64,000 bases of DNA from an uncultured Chloroflexia bacterium (GCA_963771155.1 CAVYSK010000001.1:20457-84456); one strand, 5' to 3'; shown: positions 50,716-61,699, counted from the first letter of the stretch. Program-made: numbers and translations. Notes: generated by a model not told the origin, from the sequence alone.

Positions 50716-52265
50716 TCCTCCCACGACACCCTCCCGAAGTCGATGAGCCCGACGGTCAGGTTGCCGAGGCCTCGCAGGCCGTCGGCGACGAGCCACCACG
50801 TCTCGCCGTAGGCCCATGGGATCACCGGCGCCTGCTCGGCCACGTAGGTCTCGACCGCGTCGTACGCAGGCCCGAGCTCATCGATCGGGGCCGCCGCAGC
50901 CGCCTCGAGCAACTCGACGAAGGCCGGGTCACGCCAGTCGCCCCAGTTGCTCGCCGCTCCGGTGTCGAGCAGCAAGCCGTACAGCGCGTGCGGAGACGAG
51001 TAGTCGGCGATCCAGCTGATGGTGAACAGCTGCGGCGGTCGCGTGTCGAGGACGTCGAGGAAGTCGCCGAAGGTCATGCTCTCGACCGCGATGTCGACGC
51101 CGAGCTCCTCTCGCCACGTTTCGACCGCCGGTCCCACGCCGAGGCCGCTGCCGTTGACCACGATCGTGCCGAGGTCGGAGCGATCCGCGTAGCCGGCCTC
51201 GTCCAGCAATGCACGCGCCTCGTCGGCATCGGTCTCGAGCTCCGGCGAGAACCCCTCCGGCCAGATGGCTGGCGGAACGAGGCTGGCGGCCGCCTGCGAG
51301 GACGCTCCCTCCGCCAGCGGGACAAGGTGCTCCCGATCCAGCGCCAGGAGGAAGGCGCGCCGCACGTTCGCGTCGTCGAACGGTGGGCTGGTGGTGTCGA
51401 ACCCGAAGTAGCTGGTGACGAGTGGCTCGGCCGCATGCAGGTTCGGCCCGAGCTCTGGGTCGTAGGCGATCCAGGTCGCATCCCAGCCCGGGACGCCGAT
51501 GAGATCGACCTGCTCTGCGGCGAAGGCCGAGGCGGCGTCCCCGTCGATCCCCGCCACCCAGCGGACCTCGTCGATCGGCGGCGGTCCGGCCACGTACCGC
51601 TCGTTCGCGCGCAGCACCAGGTCGGCGCCCTCGGTGCCGTCGACGACATACGGGCCGCTGCCCACGAACGCATCGGCCGTCTGCCAACCGTCGCTCGCAT
51701 CCGCGTCGGGCGGCACGACGAACGTCGCCGGCGTGGCGACGATGTCCAGGAAGTACGACGCGGGATGACGCAGCTCGACCACGAGGGAGGTGTCATCGGG
51801 CGCCGAGACGCCCACCTCTTCCTCGCCAGCGGACCCGGCCAGCCGTTCGGCCGCGCCGCGAACGACGCTGAGCACGTCGGGCGCCGTGGCTCCCGTCGCC
51901 GGATCGAGCAGACGCAGCCACGAGCGGCGCACGTCCTCGGCGGTAAGCGGCGAACCGTCGCTGAACTCGAGGCCCTCGCGGAGCTCGAACTCGTAGGTCA
52001 GCCCATCCGCGCTGATCTGCCACCCTGACGCCAGCGACGGGTACGGCTCGCCGGTCTCGTCGAGTCGCGTCAGGCCGGCGTACAGCTGGAGATGAAGCTG
52101 CACGTCGCCGGCATCGGCGATGAATGCCGGATCCAGGGTGGTGGCCGGACCGGCCAGGTAGCGAAGGGGCGGTCCGGCGGCGGACGTGGGCGACCCAGAC
52201 GGCCCAACCGACACGACGAGGACACCCGCCGCGACGGTCGCGGCCACCCGGGTCAGACGTCGCAT
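50712..52265 (-). CDS. Oligopeptide ABC transporter substrate-binding protein (OppA-like, family 5)
   Basis: TLDPA, LYAGLTR, FSDGSPLTAEDV, GSGPY, PPFDDANVRRAF, WIADY. Confidence 0.9.
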   Translation of the reverse strand: MRRLTRVAATVAAGVLVVSVGPSGSPTSAAGPPLRYLAGPATTLDPAFIADAGDVQLHLQLYAGLTRLDETGEPYPSLASGWQISADGLTYEFELREGLEFSDGSPLTAEDVRRSWLRLLDPATGATAPDVLSVVRGAAERLAGSAGEEEVGVSAPDDTSLVVELRHPASYFLDIVATPATFVVPPDADASDGWQTADAFVGSGPYVVDGTEGADLVLRANERYVAGPPPIDEVRWVAGIDGDAASAFAAEQVDLIGVPGWDATWIAYDPELGPNLHAAEPLVTSYFGFDTTSPPFDDANVRRAFLLALDREHLVPLAEGASSQAAASLVPPAIWPEGFSPELETDADEARALLDEAGYADRSDLGTIVVNGSGLGVGPAVETWREELGVDIAVESMTFGDFLDVLDTRPPQLFTISWIADYSSPHALYGLLLDTGAASNWGDWRDPAFVELLEAAAAAPIDELGPAYDAVETYVAEQAPVIPWAYGETWWLVADGLRGLGNLTVGLIDFGRVSWEE

Positions 52266-52330
52266 GCGGGCTGCGTCTCCCGGAGTACCACGGGGTAGGC
52301 TCGGCGCACGGCGGCTAGTATACGGTCGCC

Positions 52331-52867
52331 GTGCAGCACGTTCATGAACACCGATTCCGTCCTCAGCCGGCGGGCAGTCTGACGCTGCGCCAGTTCGTCG
52401 AGTCCATTCGCCGCTGGACGCCCGAGATGCGTCACGTCGTTCAGATCGCCCTCACCCGCACAGAGGCAGAACGCCGGCAGTACGTCCAGCAGTTCCATGC
52501 CGGGCACCATGACCGACCTTCGGGCCCCATGGACTCGTTCATCCGCTGGGCGTACTCCGATCCCCGCCTCGACGACGTCCCGCTGCTGCTGGCCGAGCTC
52601 GAGCTCGGACCCGATGCGTACACCGGCGCGATGGACCACGAGGCCGACGTTCTCGTCCGGCAGCGGGCCGAGGGAAAGACGCAGGCCCAGCGCGTCGCGG
52701 ACTACCTGGCGCTGCTCGGCATGGAGAACAGCGAGCGGGTGCGCATGGCAATCGGCAGCCTCCTGCCGGCTGGCACGCCGGACGCGGCGGTGGCCGCGAC
52801 CGTTCGACAGATGCGGCGTCGCTGGCTCGAGCTCTACGGCGACGACCCGTTCTTCGCAGAGGACTGA
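52331..52867 (+). CDS. Hypothetical protein
   Basis: Intact 178-aa ORF, -10-like TAGTAT just upstream. Confidence 0.7.
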   Translation: MQHVHEHRFRPQPAGSLTLRQFVESIRRWTPEMRHVVQIALTRTEAERRQYVQQFHAGHHDRPSGPMDSFIRWAYSDPRLDDVPLLLAELELGPDAYTGAMDHEADVLVRQRAEGKTQAQRVADYLALLGMENSERVRMAIGSLLPAGTPDAAVAATVRQMRRRWLELYGDDPFFAED

Positions 52868-52875
52868 TCGGGCCG

Positions 52876-53490
52876 ATGCGCATCTCTCGCCGCACGACGG
52901 GGCTGCTGCTGATCGCCTACGCGATCGTCGGGTTCGCGCTCGTGGTGCTCGGTGCGGTGATCGGTCTCGAGCTGGCCAACCGGGTGGAGCGACTCTCCGG
53001 CACCGCCGATGCGGCACTGTCGTCGGCGGCGAGCGCCACGGCGGCCGCCGCCGAGTCGTTCACGGCCGTCGACGCCAGCCTGGCCGATGCGGAGGCGTCC
53101 GCCGATGCCGCGGCGGCCCTGGCGCGTGAGGCGGCCGGCTCCCTGCGCTCGCTGGCGCTGGCGATGGACGTGACGATCCTCGGCAGCCAGCCGCTCCAGA
53201 ACCTCGCGGCGGGCTTCACGGCGAACGCGGAGCAGGCGGAAGGACTGGCGACCACGCTCGACGCCGTTGGCAGCTCGCTCGGCGACACGCGCACCGAGAT
53301 GGCGAGCATCGGGCCGGAGCTCGAGGCGCTCAGCGACGACCTGCGGGCGCTCGGCGTCGAGCCGGAGGCTTCCGGCACCGGGCCGGGCCTGCGCCTGTTC
53401 GTGCTCCTGCTGCTCGTGTGGCTCGTCATGCAGGCGGCTGGGAGCCTGGTGGCGGGGCTCGTCCTGCTGCGGGCCCCGGCGACGGCCTGA
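52876..53490 (+). CDS. 2-TM membrane protein with Ala-rich helical region
   Basis: N- and C-terminal TM segments. Confidence 0.75.
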   Translation: MRISRRTTGLLLIAYAIVGFALVVLGAVIGLELANRVERLSGTADAALSSAASATAAAAESFTAVDASLADAEASADAAAALAREAAGSLRSLALAMDVTILGSQPLQNLAAGFTANAEQAEGLATTLDAVGSSLGDTRTEMASIGPELEALSDDLRALGVEPEASGTGPGLRLFVLLLLVWLVMQAAGSLVAGLVLLRAPATA

Positions 53491-53498
53491 ACCGGCGG

Positions 53499-54695
53499 TC
53501 AGTCCGCCCGGCGCAGCACGCGGCGCAGCCGGATCAGCGTGCCGACGTACAGCACCACGCCGATCAGCGCCAGGGCCCCAAGGCTCCACTGGGCGGTGAC
53601 CGCGCCGCGCAGCATGAGCTCCTGGAGCGTCGCGATCCCATGCGTCACCGGAAGCAGGTAGGCGATGTACTGGGTCCACTCGGCGAAGTCGCTGACCGGG
53701 AGCACGAAGCCCGAGAAGAAGACGCTTGCCAGCAGGATGAGCATCGATAGCTGGACCGCCTGGCGCTCCGAGTCGGCGATCAACGAGATGAGCAGACCGA
53801 CGCCGAGCGAGGCGAACGTCAGCAGCAGCACGATGCCCGCGAACATCGGCCAGCCGCCGAGCAGCGGTACCCCGAGGACACCGACCAGCAACGCGCCGAC
53901 GATCGCGGTCACGATTCCGCTGAGCACGGCATACGCGACGTACTTGCCAACGAGCAGCTCCATCGACGACACCGGGGCGACCCGGAAGCGATCCATCTGG
54001 CCGGACAGGCGCTCGCGGACCATGGACAGGGCAGTCAGCGTGATCGCCAGGTGCTGGATGACGAGCGCGAACACGGCCGGCCCGAAGAAGTTCAGCACCG
54101 CGGGATCGGTCGGCGCCACGTTGTCCGTCTCGGCCGTGGTGGGCCGCGCGATGACTTCCGGCGGGATGTCGGCCGCAGCTGGGCCGAGCTCGCTCTCGGC
54201 GAACGCGATGCCCTCCGACGCGGCCCGCTCGATGATCTCCGAGTTCAGGCTGCTGACCAGGATCGAGGTCGCCAGGACGGCGAGCTGATCGTAGACGGGG
54301 TCAATCTGGTTCCACTCCACCCGGATCGTGGTCTGGTGTCCTGCCCGCAGCTCGGCGGCGGCGTTCTCGGGCGCGACGATCAGGAGGTCGATCTCGAGGT
54401 CGCGGAGCCGCTCCTCGGCGGCGGCACCGTCCGCGCTGACGCCGACGACGTCGAGACGGCCGGGTGCCAGCTGCTCGTAGTACTCCGCATCGGTCGGCAG
54501 CTCGCTGCCCTCCGGAATGACGATCTCGGTAGCGAACGGCTCGCGGTAGCCGGAGTAGCCGAGCCCGAAGATGAACATGATCGCGAACGGGCCGACGATG
54601 AGGCTGAGCAGCACGCCCGGTCGCCGCAGCACCTCGCGCAGCTCCTTGCCGGTGAAGGAGCCCATCCGCACCAGGCTGTGGACAAAGTCACTCAC
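53499..54695 (-). CDS. ABC-2 type transporter permease
   Basis: KELREVLRRP, VRERLSG, LLVGKY, FFSGF, LLPVTHG. Confidence 0.9.
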   Translation of the reverse strand: MSDFVHSLVRMGSFTGKELREVLRRPGVLLSLIVGPFAIMFIFGLGYSGYREPFATEIVIPEGSELPTDAEYYEQLAPGRLDVVGVSADGAAAEERLRDLEIDLLIVAPENAAAELRAGHQTTIRVEWNQIDPVYDQLAVLATSILVSSLNSEIIERAASEGIAFAESELGPAAADIPPEVIARPTTAETDNVAPTDPAVLNFFGPAVFALVIQHLAITLTALSMVRERLSGQMDRFRVAPVSSMELLVGKYVAYAVLSGIVTAIVGALLVGVLGVPLLGGWPMFAGIVLLLTFASLGVGLLISLIADSERQAVQLSMLILLASVFFSGFVLPVSDFAEWTQYIAYLLPVTHGIATLQELMLRGAVTAQWSLGALALIGVVLYVGTLIRLRRVLRRAD

Positions 54696-55737
54696 GGGTC
54701 GCGGCCCTCGGCTCGCTCGTGTCCTCGTCGATCGTTCCGCGCATCGCGCGGCGCTGCTCGACGAGCCCGGTGAACACCTCGTCGAACGTCGGCTGGTGCT
54801 CCTGGATGCCGGCGACCTCGACTCCGCCCTCGCGCAGGGTGTCGATGATCGTCGGGGTCAGGGACCCCGCGTCATCGGCCGTGACGATCAGCTGCCGTGA
54901 TGCCGTCTGACGGACGTTGCTGACACCGGCAACGGACGTGAGCATCTCCGGGTCGACCGCCCGCTCAGTGTCGACCTCGAGCACGTCGCCGCCGAACACC
55001 ATCTGTCGCAGCGCGTCCGGCGTGTCGAGCGCAACGAGCTCGCCGTCGACGATGAGCGCGACCCGGTCGCAATACTCGGCCTCGGCGACGTACTGCGTCG
55101 TGACGAGCAGGGTCCGCCCCTCGTCGCGGAGCGCGTGCAGCTCGTCCCAGATCGTCTGGCGCAGCATTGGATCGATGCCGGCGGTCGGCTCGTCGATGAA
55201 CAGCACGTCGGGGCTGTGCACCAGCGCACAGGCCAGCTCGAGCCGCCGCTGCATGCCCCCGGACAGGTCGCGCGCCAGCTTGTGCCGCTCGCCGTAGAGG
55301 TCGACGACCTCGAGGGCGCGCCGGATGAGCTTGCGTCGCTTGAACGGGCCGATCCCGTAGAGCGCGGCGACGAAGCCGACGTTCTCCTGGGCCGACAGGT
55401 CCTCGTACAGGCTGAACAGCTGCGGCATGTACGCGATCTGGCTCCGAGCGCGGCGCGAGAAGCGCATCGGGTCCTCGCCGAGGACGGTGACATCGCCGGA
55501 CGTGCGACCGAGGGTGCCGGTAAGCATCCGAACCGTCGTGGTCTTGCCCGAGCCGCTCGGCCCGACGATCCCCAGGATCGTGCCGGGCAGCACATCGAAG
55601 GTGACGTCGTCGACCGCCACGCGGTCCTCGAACACGCGGGTCACGCCCCGCGCCGTGATGATCGGGTCGCCGGCCTGACTGGCGGTGGTTGAAGGTACGG
55701 GCGCCGGCGGCATGGCCGTCGCGGTGGGCGTGGGCAT
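54688..55737 (-). CDS. ABC transporter ATP-binding protein
   Basis: GPSGSGKTT, LSGGMQRR, IDEPTAGIDP. Confidence 0.92.
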   Translation of the reverse strand: MPTPTATAMPPAPVPSTTASQAGDPIITARGVTRVFEDRVAVDDVTFDVLPGTILGIVGPSGSGKTTTVRMLTGTLGRTSGDVTVLGEDPMRFSRRARSQIAYMPQLFSLYEDLSAQENVGFVAALYGIGPFKRRKLIRRALEVVDLYGERHKLARDLSGGMQRRLELACALVHSPDVLFIDEPTAGIDPMLRQTIWDELHALRDEGRTLLVTTQYVAEAEYCDRVALIVDGELVALDTPDALRQMVFGGDVLEVDTERAVDPEMLTSVAGVSNVRQTASRQLIVTADDAGSLTPTIIDTLREGGVEVAGIQEHQPTFDEVFTGLVEQRRAMRGTIDEDTSEPRAATRE

Positions 55738-55865
55738 TGTCACGTGAGCGCCCAATGCAAGTCATGTGCCCTGCCGAGCAAGCGCTTGCCGCCGGCGAGC
55801 CTATGGGACCACTTCGGCATGCGGCATGCCGTAGCTCTGTGCAGCCGCACCGAAAGGAGCGATTC

Positions 55866-56117
55866 ATGAGTGAGCTCACGAGCGACAAGCGAGACGATCT
55901 CCGAAAGAACCAGTTCGCTTACGTCGACCGCGACGGGGGTGAGCACCTTCCGATCCACGACGAGTCGCACGTCCGCAACGCGATCGCGCGCTTCAACCAG
56001 ACCGACTTCGAGAGCAAGGCGGCCAAGGAGCGCGCGCGGAAGAAGATCCTTCGCGCCGCCGAGCGCCACGGCATCGACGTCGATGAGAACAGCAACGTCA
56101 TGCAGCCGGTCGGCTGA
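55866..56117 (+). CDS. DUF6582-like small protein
   Basis: QFAY..LPIHDESHVRNAIARFNQ; AAGGAG RBS. Confidence 0.8.
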   Translation: MSELTSDKRDDLRKNQFAYVDRDGGEHLPIHDESHVRNAIARFNQTDFESKAAKERARKKILRAAERHGIDVDENSNVMQPVG

Positions 56118-56126
56118 GCTTTGCCA

Positions 56127-56993
56127 ATGCGAGCGATCTGGAAGGGGGCGATCACGTTCGGGATGGTCACCATCCCGGTCAAGCTGTACACGGCCACCGA
56201 GCAGAAGGACGTGCGCCTCCGCATGCTCTGCAAGAAGCACGAGGCGCCGATCCAGGAGAAGCGCGTCTGTTCGGAGGGTGGCGAGGAGCTGACCTGGGAG
56301 GAGCTCGCCCGGGGATACGAGGTGAAGAAGGACGAGTTCGTCGTCCTCGAGACCGAGGAGATCGACGCGGCGAAGCCCGAGTCGAGCACGACCATCGACA
56401 TCGGCGACTTCGTCGAGGCCGCCGAGATCGACCCGGTCTACTTCGAGAAGAGCTACTTCCTCGAACCGACGGAGGTCGGAGCGAAGCCGTTCAGCCTGCT
56501 GAAACGTGCACTGGAGGAGACCGAGCGGGTCGCGCTGGCCCGGGTGACGATCCGGACCCGGGAGCGCCTCGCGACGATGCGTGCCTACGACGAGACGCTC
56601 ATCCTGGAGACGATGTTCTGGCCGGACGAGATCCGCCCCACCGGCGCGCTCGACTTGCCGGAGGGCAGGGAGACGACCGTGCGGGCCAAGGAGCTCCAGA
56701 TGGCCCGGAGCCTCGTGGAGAGCCTGGCCGACAAGTTCCGGCCGGAGTCCTACACCGATGCGTACCGGGAGGCTCTCGAGGAGCTGATCGACCAGAAGAT
56801 GCGCGGCGCGACCCGCGCCGCCAAGCGTCGCAAGCCCGAGCCGAAGGTGATCGACCTGATGGAGGCGCTCAAGGCCAGCGTCGACGACGCAAAGAAGGCC
56901 GGTCCGGCACGCAAGCAGACCCGATCGAGCCGCACGAAACGGTCGCGCACCGGCACCAAGCGACGCGCGTCCACTAGGCGCCGGGCCGCCTGA
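56127..56993 (+). CDS. ku: Non-homologous end joining protein Ku
   Basis: MRAIWKGAITFGMVTIPVKLY, IDPVYFEKSYFL, VIDLMEALKASV, basic tail. Confidence 0.96.
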   Translation: MRAIWKGAITFGMVTIPVKLYTATEQKDVRLRMLCKKHEAPIQEKRVCSEGGEELTWEELARGYEVKKDEFVVLETEEIDAAKPESSTTIDIGDFVEAAEIDPVYFEKSYFLEPTEVGAKPFSLLKRALEETERVALARVTIRTRERLATMRAYDETLILETMFWPDEIRPTGALDLPEGRETTVRAKELQMARSLVESLADKFRPESYTDAYREALEELIDQKMRGATRAAKRRKPEPKVIDLMEALKASVDDAKKAGPARKQTRSSRTKRSRTGTKRRASTRRRAA

Positions 56994-56996
56994 CGG

Positions 56997-57404
56997 CTAG
57001 AACCGCTCCTCCGATTCGCTGAGCTCGTCGCCGCCGACGCGAGGCTCCGCGTCGGGGAACTCCTGATCACGGGGCGAATCGGGCGGCGGCGCCGGAGCCG
57101 GCGGATGGGTCTCCATGCGGTACGCCGGGTCGTCCGGCGCCAGGCCGTGCTCGGAGCCATAGCCCGAATCTCGGTCGGCCATGTCCGTCGCGCCTCCGTC
57201 GACGTCCTCGCCGGCAGGGTCTCCGACGTCGCCGCGCTGGGCGGGCGCGCCCGCGCCCTGGGTCGCGGTCACGCGGGCCTGGCTGCCCGGATCGGCAATC
57301 TCGCGGAGCTCACCCGGCACGAAGGGCGCATCCGTCTCGTCGGGCGTGAGGTCCCCGGTGGCGCCGGTCATGCCGCCGCCACCATGATCGATGCGATCGC
57401 TCAT
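56997..57404 (-). CDS. Acidic low-complexity hypothetical protein
   Basis: Start overlaps stop of upstream SRPBCC gene. Confidence 0.6.
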   Translation of the reverse strand: MSDRIDHGGGGMTGATGDLTPDETDAPFVPGELREIADPGSQARVTATQGAGAPAQRGDVGDPAGEDVDGGATDMADRDSGYGSEHGLAPDDPAYRMETHPPAPAPPPDSPRDQEFPDAEPRVGGDELSESEERF

Positions 57405-57865
57405 CGCTGTAGCGGCGCCTCGACCTCGCCGCGCCACGCGCCGGTCTCGGCGCCACGGCTCTCGATGAACTCCTTGAAGCGCTCGAGGTCGCCTTTCACG
57501 CGGCGATCGAGGAAGCCGAGGAATGTGCCGAGGTTTTCGACGACCCCCTCGGGTTCGACGTCCATCTGCAGCGTCACGCGGGTCGTCCCGTCATCGATCC
57601 GATGGAACGTCACCACGCCGGCATTCGCGGCTCCGCTCGTCGCGCGCCAGGCGACGCGCTCATCGGGATGCTGCTCGGTGATCTCGGCATCCCACTCCTG
57701 CTCGTCGCCGGCGATCTCGGCGACCCAGTGCGCGTGGGTGTCATCGATCTGGGTCACCGACTTCACGCCCTCCATGAAGCGCGGGAAGTCCTCGAACTGG
57801 GTCCATTGGTTGTACGCGGTGCTCACCGGCACCGTGACGTCGATGCTCTCCACGACGGATGCCAT
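57401..57865 (-). CDS. SRPBCC / polyketide cyclase family protein
   Basis: AYNQWTQFEDFPRFMEGV, EQHPDERVAW, DLERFKEFIE. Confidence 0.92.
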   Translation of the reverse strand: MASVVESIDVTVPVSTAYNQWTQFEDFPRFMEGVKSVTQIDDTHAHWVAEIAGDEQEWDAEITEQHPDERVAWRATSGAANAGVVTFHRIDDGTTRVTLQMDVEPEGVVENLGTFLGFLDRRVKGDLERFKEFIESRGAETGAWRGEVEAPLQR

Positions 57866-58011
57866 GGTGTCGATCTCCTCAGGCGTGACGGAGTGTGCTG
57901 CGTTCCTCCCGTGCAAGCCCTGCGCCAGCCCGGCACGCCCGACAGGAACGCCGCGAGGAGGGTGAGACGAAGCGCGACTGCAACGACTGAGCCGATGGGG
58001 CCGCGTCGGGC

Positions 58012-58935
58012 TCAGTCGCCGAGCAGTCCGTCCCGGATCACGCCTGCGTTGTGGACCAGCATCGCATCCAGCGTGTCGGCGCCCGATCCCGGCGGGCCGA
58101 GGGAGTCGGTGTAGAGCGGCTCGGTCACGAGCCGGGCATCGGTCTCGTAGGCCACGGCCTCCGCCAGGCGCGGATCCACGGTCGACTCGGTGAACATCGC
58201 GCGGACCTCCTCGGACCGAATCCGCACCACGAGGTCCTCGATGTCCTGGGCGCTCGGCTCCGCCGAGACATCGAGGCTCGGGAAGATCGACCCGACGAAC
58301 ACCAGGCCATACTCGTCGATGAAGTACCCGAGCGCGTCGTGGTCGGTCACGATCCGCCGCTCGTCGGCCGGCACCTCGCCGATCAGGTCTCGCACCTCGG
58401 CATCGGCCGCGTCCAGGCGCTCGATGAGGCCGGCCGCGCGATCGGCGTACCCATCGGCTCCGTCCGGGTCCACTGCGACCAGCGCATCGCGAACGTTCTC
58501 GACCATGATCATCGCGTTCGGCGCGCTGAGCCAGTAGTGGGGATCGACCTCGTCCCCGTCGTCGCCACCTGACGCATCCGGCGAGCGCAGGGGAACGCCC
58601 TGGCTAAGGTCGCGGACGCGGTCGCTGGCGCCCACGGCGTCGATGGTGTCGGTGAGCCAGTCCTCGAGCCCCGCCCCGCTGACGAGGATGAGGTCGGCCC
58701 GCTCGAGGGCCGCTCCCTGCTCGGGCGTCATCTCGAAGTCGTGGGCCTCGACGCCAGGCGCCATGAGCGTCGTCAGCTCGACGTCGTCGCCGCCGATCTC
58801 CGCGACCACTGAGCCGACGTGCGTCGTGGTCGCCACGACGTTCAGACCCTCGCCGTCGGGGTCATCGGTCGTGGAGGCGCACGCCGTCAGCACGAGCATC
58901 GCCGCCAACGCCGCGGCGGCGCGGTTCGGTTTCAT
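58012..58935 (-). CDS. Zn/Mn ABC transporter substrate-binding lipoprotein
   Basis: Lipobox LTAC, EAHDFE, DPHYWL, DHDALGYF, YTDSLG. Confidence 0.92.
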   Translation of the reverse strand: MKPNRAAAALAAMLVLTACASTTDDPDGEGLNVVATTTHVGSVVAEIGGDDVELTTLMAPGVEAHDFEMTPEQGAALERADLILVSGAGLEDWLTDTIDAVGASDRVRDLSQGVPLRSPDASGGDDGDEVDPHYWLSAPNAMIMVENVRDALVAVDPDGADGYADRAAGLIERLDAADAEVRDLIGEVPADERRIVTDHDALGYFIDEYGLVFVGSIFPSLDVSAEPSAQDIEDLVVRIRSEEVRAMFTESTVDPRLAEAVAYETDARLVTEPLYTDSLGPPGSGADTLDAMLVHNAGVIRDGLLGD

Positions 58936-58953
58936 ATGAGATACAGTATCATC
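58936..58953. promoter_or_regulatory. Possible metalloregulator (Zur/Fur/DtxR-type) operator
   Basis: AT-rich palindrome GATAC-A-GTATC immediately upstream of the metal-binding protein start, in a divergent promoter region. Confidence 0.45.
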
Positions 58954-59038
58954 TAGTCCTCTGGTCGGTCAACGTCCGTATACTCACGTCGCCACCGTCC
59001 GCCAGCCCGTGCCGCGCCCGCGGAGGTCCCCGATCCCG

Positions 59039-61307
59039 ATGTCCTCCCCCATCGCCTGCCGCCCGCGCTCGCGCTTGCCGTTGGCGGTGCTCCTGGCTAT
59101 GGGCGTCGCGCTCCTGGCCCCGTCGACCACGTCGGCGCACGCCGAGCTGATCCAGGCCACGCCGACCCCGAACGCCTCGCTTGCGGAGGCGCCCACCGAG
59201 ATCACGATTGCCTTCTCGGAGCCGATCGATCCCGATGCCGCCTTCATCGACCTGCTGGACCGGTCGCAACGCCGCATTGAAGGCGTCGGTCCGGTCGAGG
59301 TCGAGGCGGATGGGCGGCTCGCTCGGGCGGCGTTGCCGCCGCTCGACCCCGGCACGTACACGGTCAGCTACCAGGTGATCTCGGCCGTCGACGGGCACGC
59401 CACGACGGGGCGGTACGCGTTCCTCGTCGATCCCACTGGCGCCACGGCGCCGCCGACCACACCGGTGACCTCGACGTCACCCTCCGTCGATGCGCTGACT
59501 GTGGCGGCACGCTGGCTGGCGCTCATCGGCCTGCTCGTGGCCGCGGGGAGCCTGATCGGGTGGTGGCGCGCGCGACCGGTCCTCGCGGCGGACCTACCGG
59601 GCGGGACGGGGCCGCCATGGCGCCTCGTCGCCGCCAGCGCGACCGTGGCGGCCGTCGGCGTGGTCGGCTACCTGTGGCTGGCCGCTCGCCCGATCCGCGA
59701 CGCCCTCGGCGGGGACGCGGCAGGGCTCGGGATCGACCCCGCCGGCGCGTTCGGCTGGAGCCCGTTCGCCATCGCCATGCGGCTGTCGCTCGCCGCGGCG
59801 ATCGCCACGGTGATCCTCGCGCTCCTGGCGCGTGGCCGGACCGATGGTCGCGGCGCGCGAGCCGTGGGCGCGCTGCTCGCCGTTGCCCTGGGCGGGATGA
59901 GCGTCGCGGCCCACGCCACGTCATATGGCGGGCCGGCGTTCGCCGTCCTCGACTGGCTCCACCTGCTCGCGGTCGCGGCTTGGCTCGGCGCCCTGCCATC
60001 CCTCTTCGTCCTGGCCCGTCGCGCGCGCGGCCACGAGCCGGGACCGCGCTCGGTGGGAGGCGCTCTGCTCCGTCGTCACGGCGGCATGGCCCTGGTGGCC
60101 GTGCCCGTGGTCGCGTTGACCGGCATCGCCAACTCGCCGCTGGTGCTCGGCACCCCGCGTGATCTCGTGGCCAGCGACTACGGCAACCTCGTGCTCGCCA
60201 AGGCGACGCTGCTGGCCGTGGCGGTCGGGATCGGCGCGGTCAACCACCTGGCCCTCCGGGGTCGCGGGCGAGCCGCGACAGCCGCGCTGATGATGACCGA
60301 GCTTGCGGTGGCGGCCGTCGCCGTCGGCGTGGCCGCGACCATGGTCACGATCCAGCCGGCATCGGCGAGACAGCCGGTCGTGCTCGCTCCGCCGGTGAAC
60401 CCGGCTCACCTGTTCGCGGAGGTCGGCGACTCGGACGTGCACGCCACCGTCACGCCGCCGGCACCTGGGCCGCAGGCCATCCAGGTCTCCATCACCGAGC
60501 GCGAGACCGGCGTGCCACGCTCGGACGTGGCGGGCGTCGTCGCCGAGCTGGTCCCCGGACCCGGCGTCGCTGCGGAGCCGACGACCGTCGAGCTCGACGA
60601 GGCGGGCACGGTCCCAGGGCTGTTCGGGGCGACCGGCACGTTCGCGTCGGCGGCCGGTGACTGGCGCCTCCGGCTTGCCATCGGGCTGGATGACGGGTCA
60701 GAGGATCGGCTCGCGTTCGACCTTCCGATCGTCGACCCGGCCCCGCCAGAGCCGGTGCCGCCCTCGGTGACCGGGATCGCCGTGCCGGAACCGATCGCGG
60801 CGGTCTGGAGCGTCCTGCCGCGCGGGCCTGGCGTCTGGCTGGTCCCGTTGGTGGCCGCGCTGCTGCTGTTCGCGATCGGCCGCCGGCGATCGCCCGGCGT
60901 GGTTCGTATCGCCCGCCTCGGCCTGGTGGCGGTCCTGCTGGTCACCGGCGTCGGTGCCGCGAGCCGCTCGATCGTGGATGCGGCGAACCGGCCGACCGAC
61001 GATCCCCTGGCGGCGACGCCACCGGCCAGTGGTGGCGCCGCCGAGATCGCCCGCGGCGAGGGCATCTATCTCGCCAACTGCGCCTCCTGCCACGGTCGTG
61101 AGGGCACCGGAGACGGGCCGATTATCACCTCGCCCCCAGCGGGAGATCTCCCCGAGGCCGTGCGGCGGACCAGTGCCGCCGACCTGTCGTACCGTATCGC
61201 GTACGGCGTGGCCGGCACCCCGATGCCGGCATTCGCCGGGGTCGCTTACCCAGGACGAGCGCTGGGCGCTCATCGCCTATCTCCGCGATCGGTGGGCGGA
61301 ACCGTGA
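59039..61307 (+). CDS. CopC-CopD-(Ig-like)-cytochrome c fusion protein (frameshift near 61245)
   Basis: SAHAEL, SAVDGH, AAHA, HLLAVAAWLG, YGNLVLAK, CASCHG, GTPMPAF. Confidence 0.85.
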
Positions 61308-61327
61308 TGGACGAACGAGGAGACCGC

Positions 61328-61699
61328 ATGCGACCCGCGCTCCTGGCCATGGCGATCGCGTTGATCGTGCTGACCGGCTGCCTTAGCGAGAACCGCCCCG
61401 ACGACTGCGACGCCGCATCGGTGACGATCGAGCTCACCCTTTCGGCCGATGCGCTCACCCCTTCGGACCCCGCTGCCTGCCAGGACCAGGACGTCACGCT
61501 GCGGATCGGCTCCGACGTCGACGGCTTCATCCACATCCATGGCTACGAGGATGCGGTCTCGGCCACCGAGGTGAAGGCCGGGGAGGAGCTCGACTTGACG
61601 TTCACGGCCGTGCGCGCCGGCCAGTACCCGATCGAGCTCCACCCCGCCGGCGACCCGGAGGGAATCAGCGTGGGCGTGCTCACCATCCATGAGCCGTAG
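61328..61699 (+). CDS. Cupredoxin-like lipoprotein
   Basis: Lipobox LTGC, IHIHGY, GQYPIELH. Confidence 0.7.
   Translation: MRPALLAMAIALIVLTGCLSENRPDDCDAASVTIELTLSADALTPSDPAACQDQDVTLRIGSDVDGFIHIHGYEDAVSATEVKAGEELDLTFTAVRAGQYPIELHPAGDPEGISVGVLTIHEP

Noticed and set aside
24967-56993. ligD and ku lying ~29 kb apart
   Set aside because: Unlinked NHEJ genes are common.
59009-61699. CopCD-cytochrome-cupredoxin as one 896-aa protein
   Set aside because: An indel near 61245 causes the read-through. The cytochrome C-terminus (LTQDERWALIAYLR) is in another frame, and the next gene has its own lipobox.
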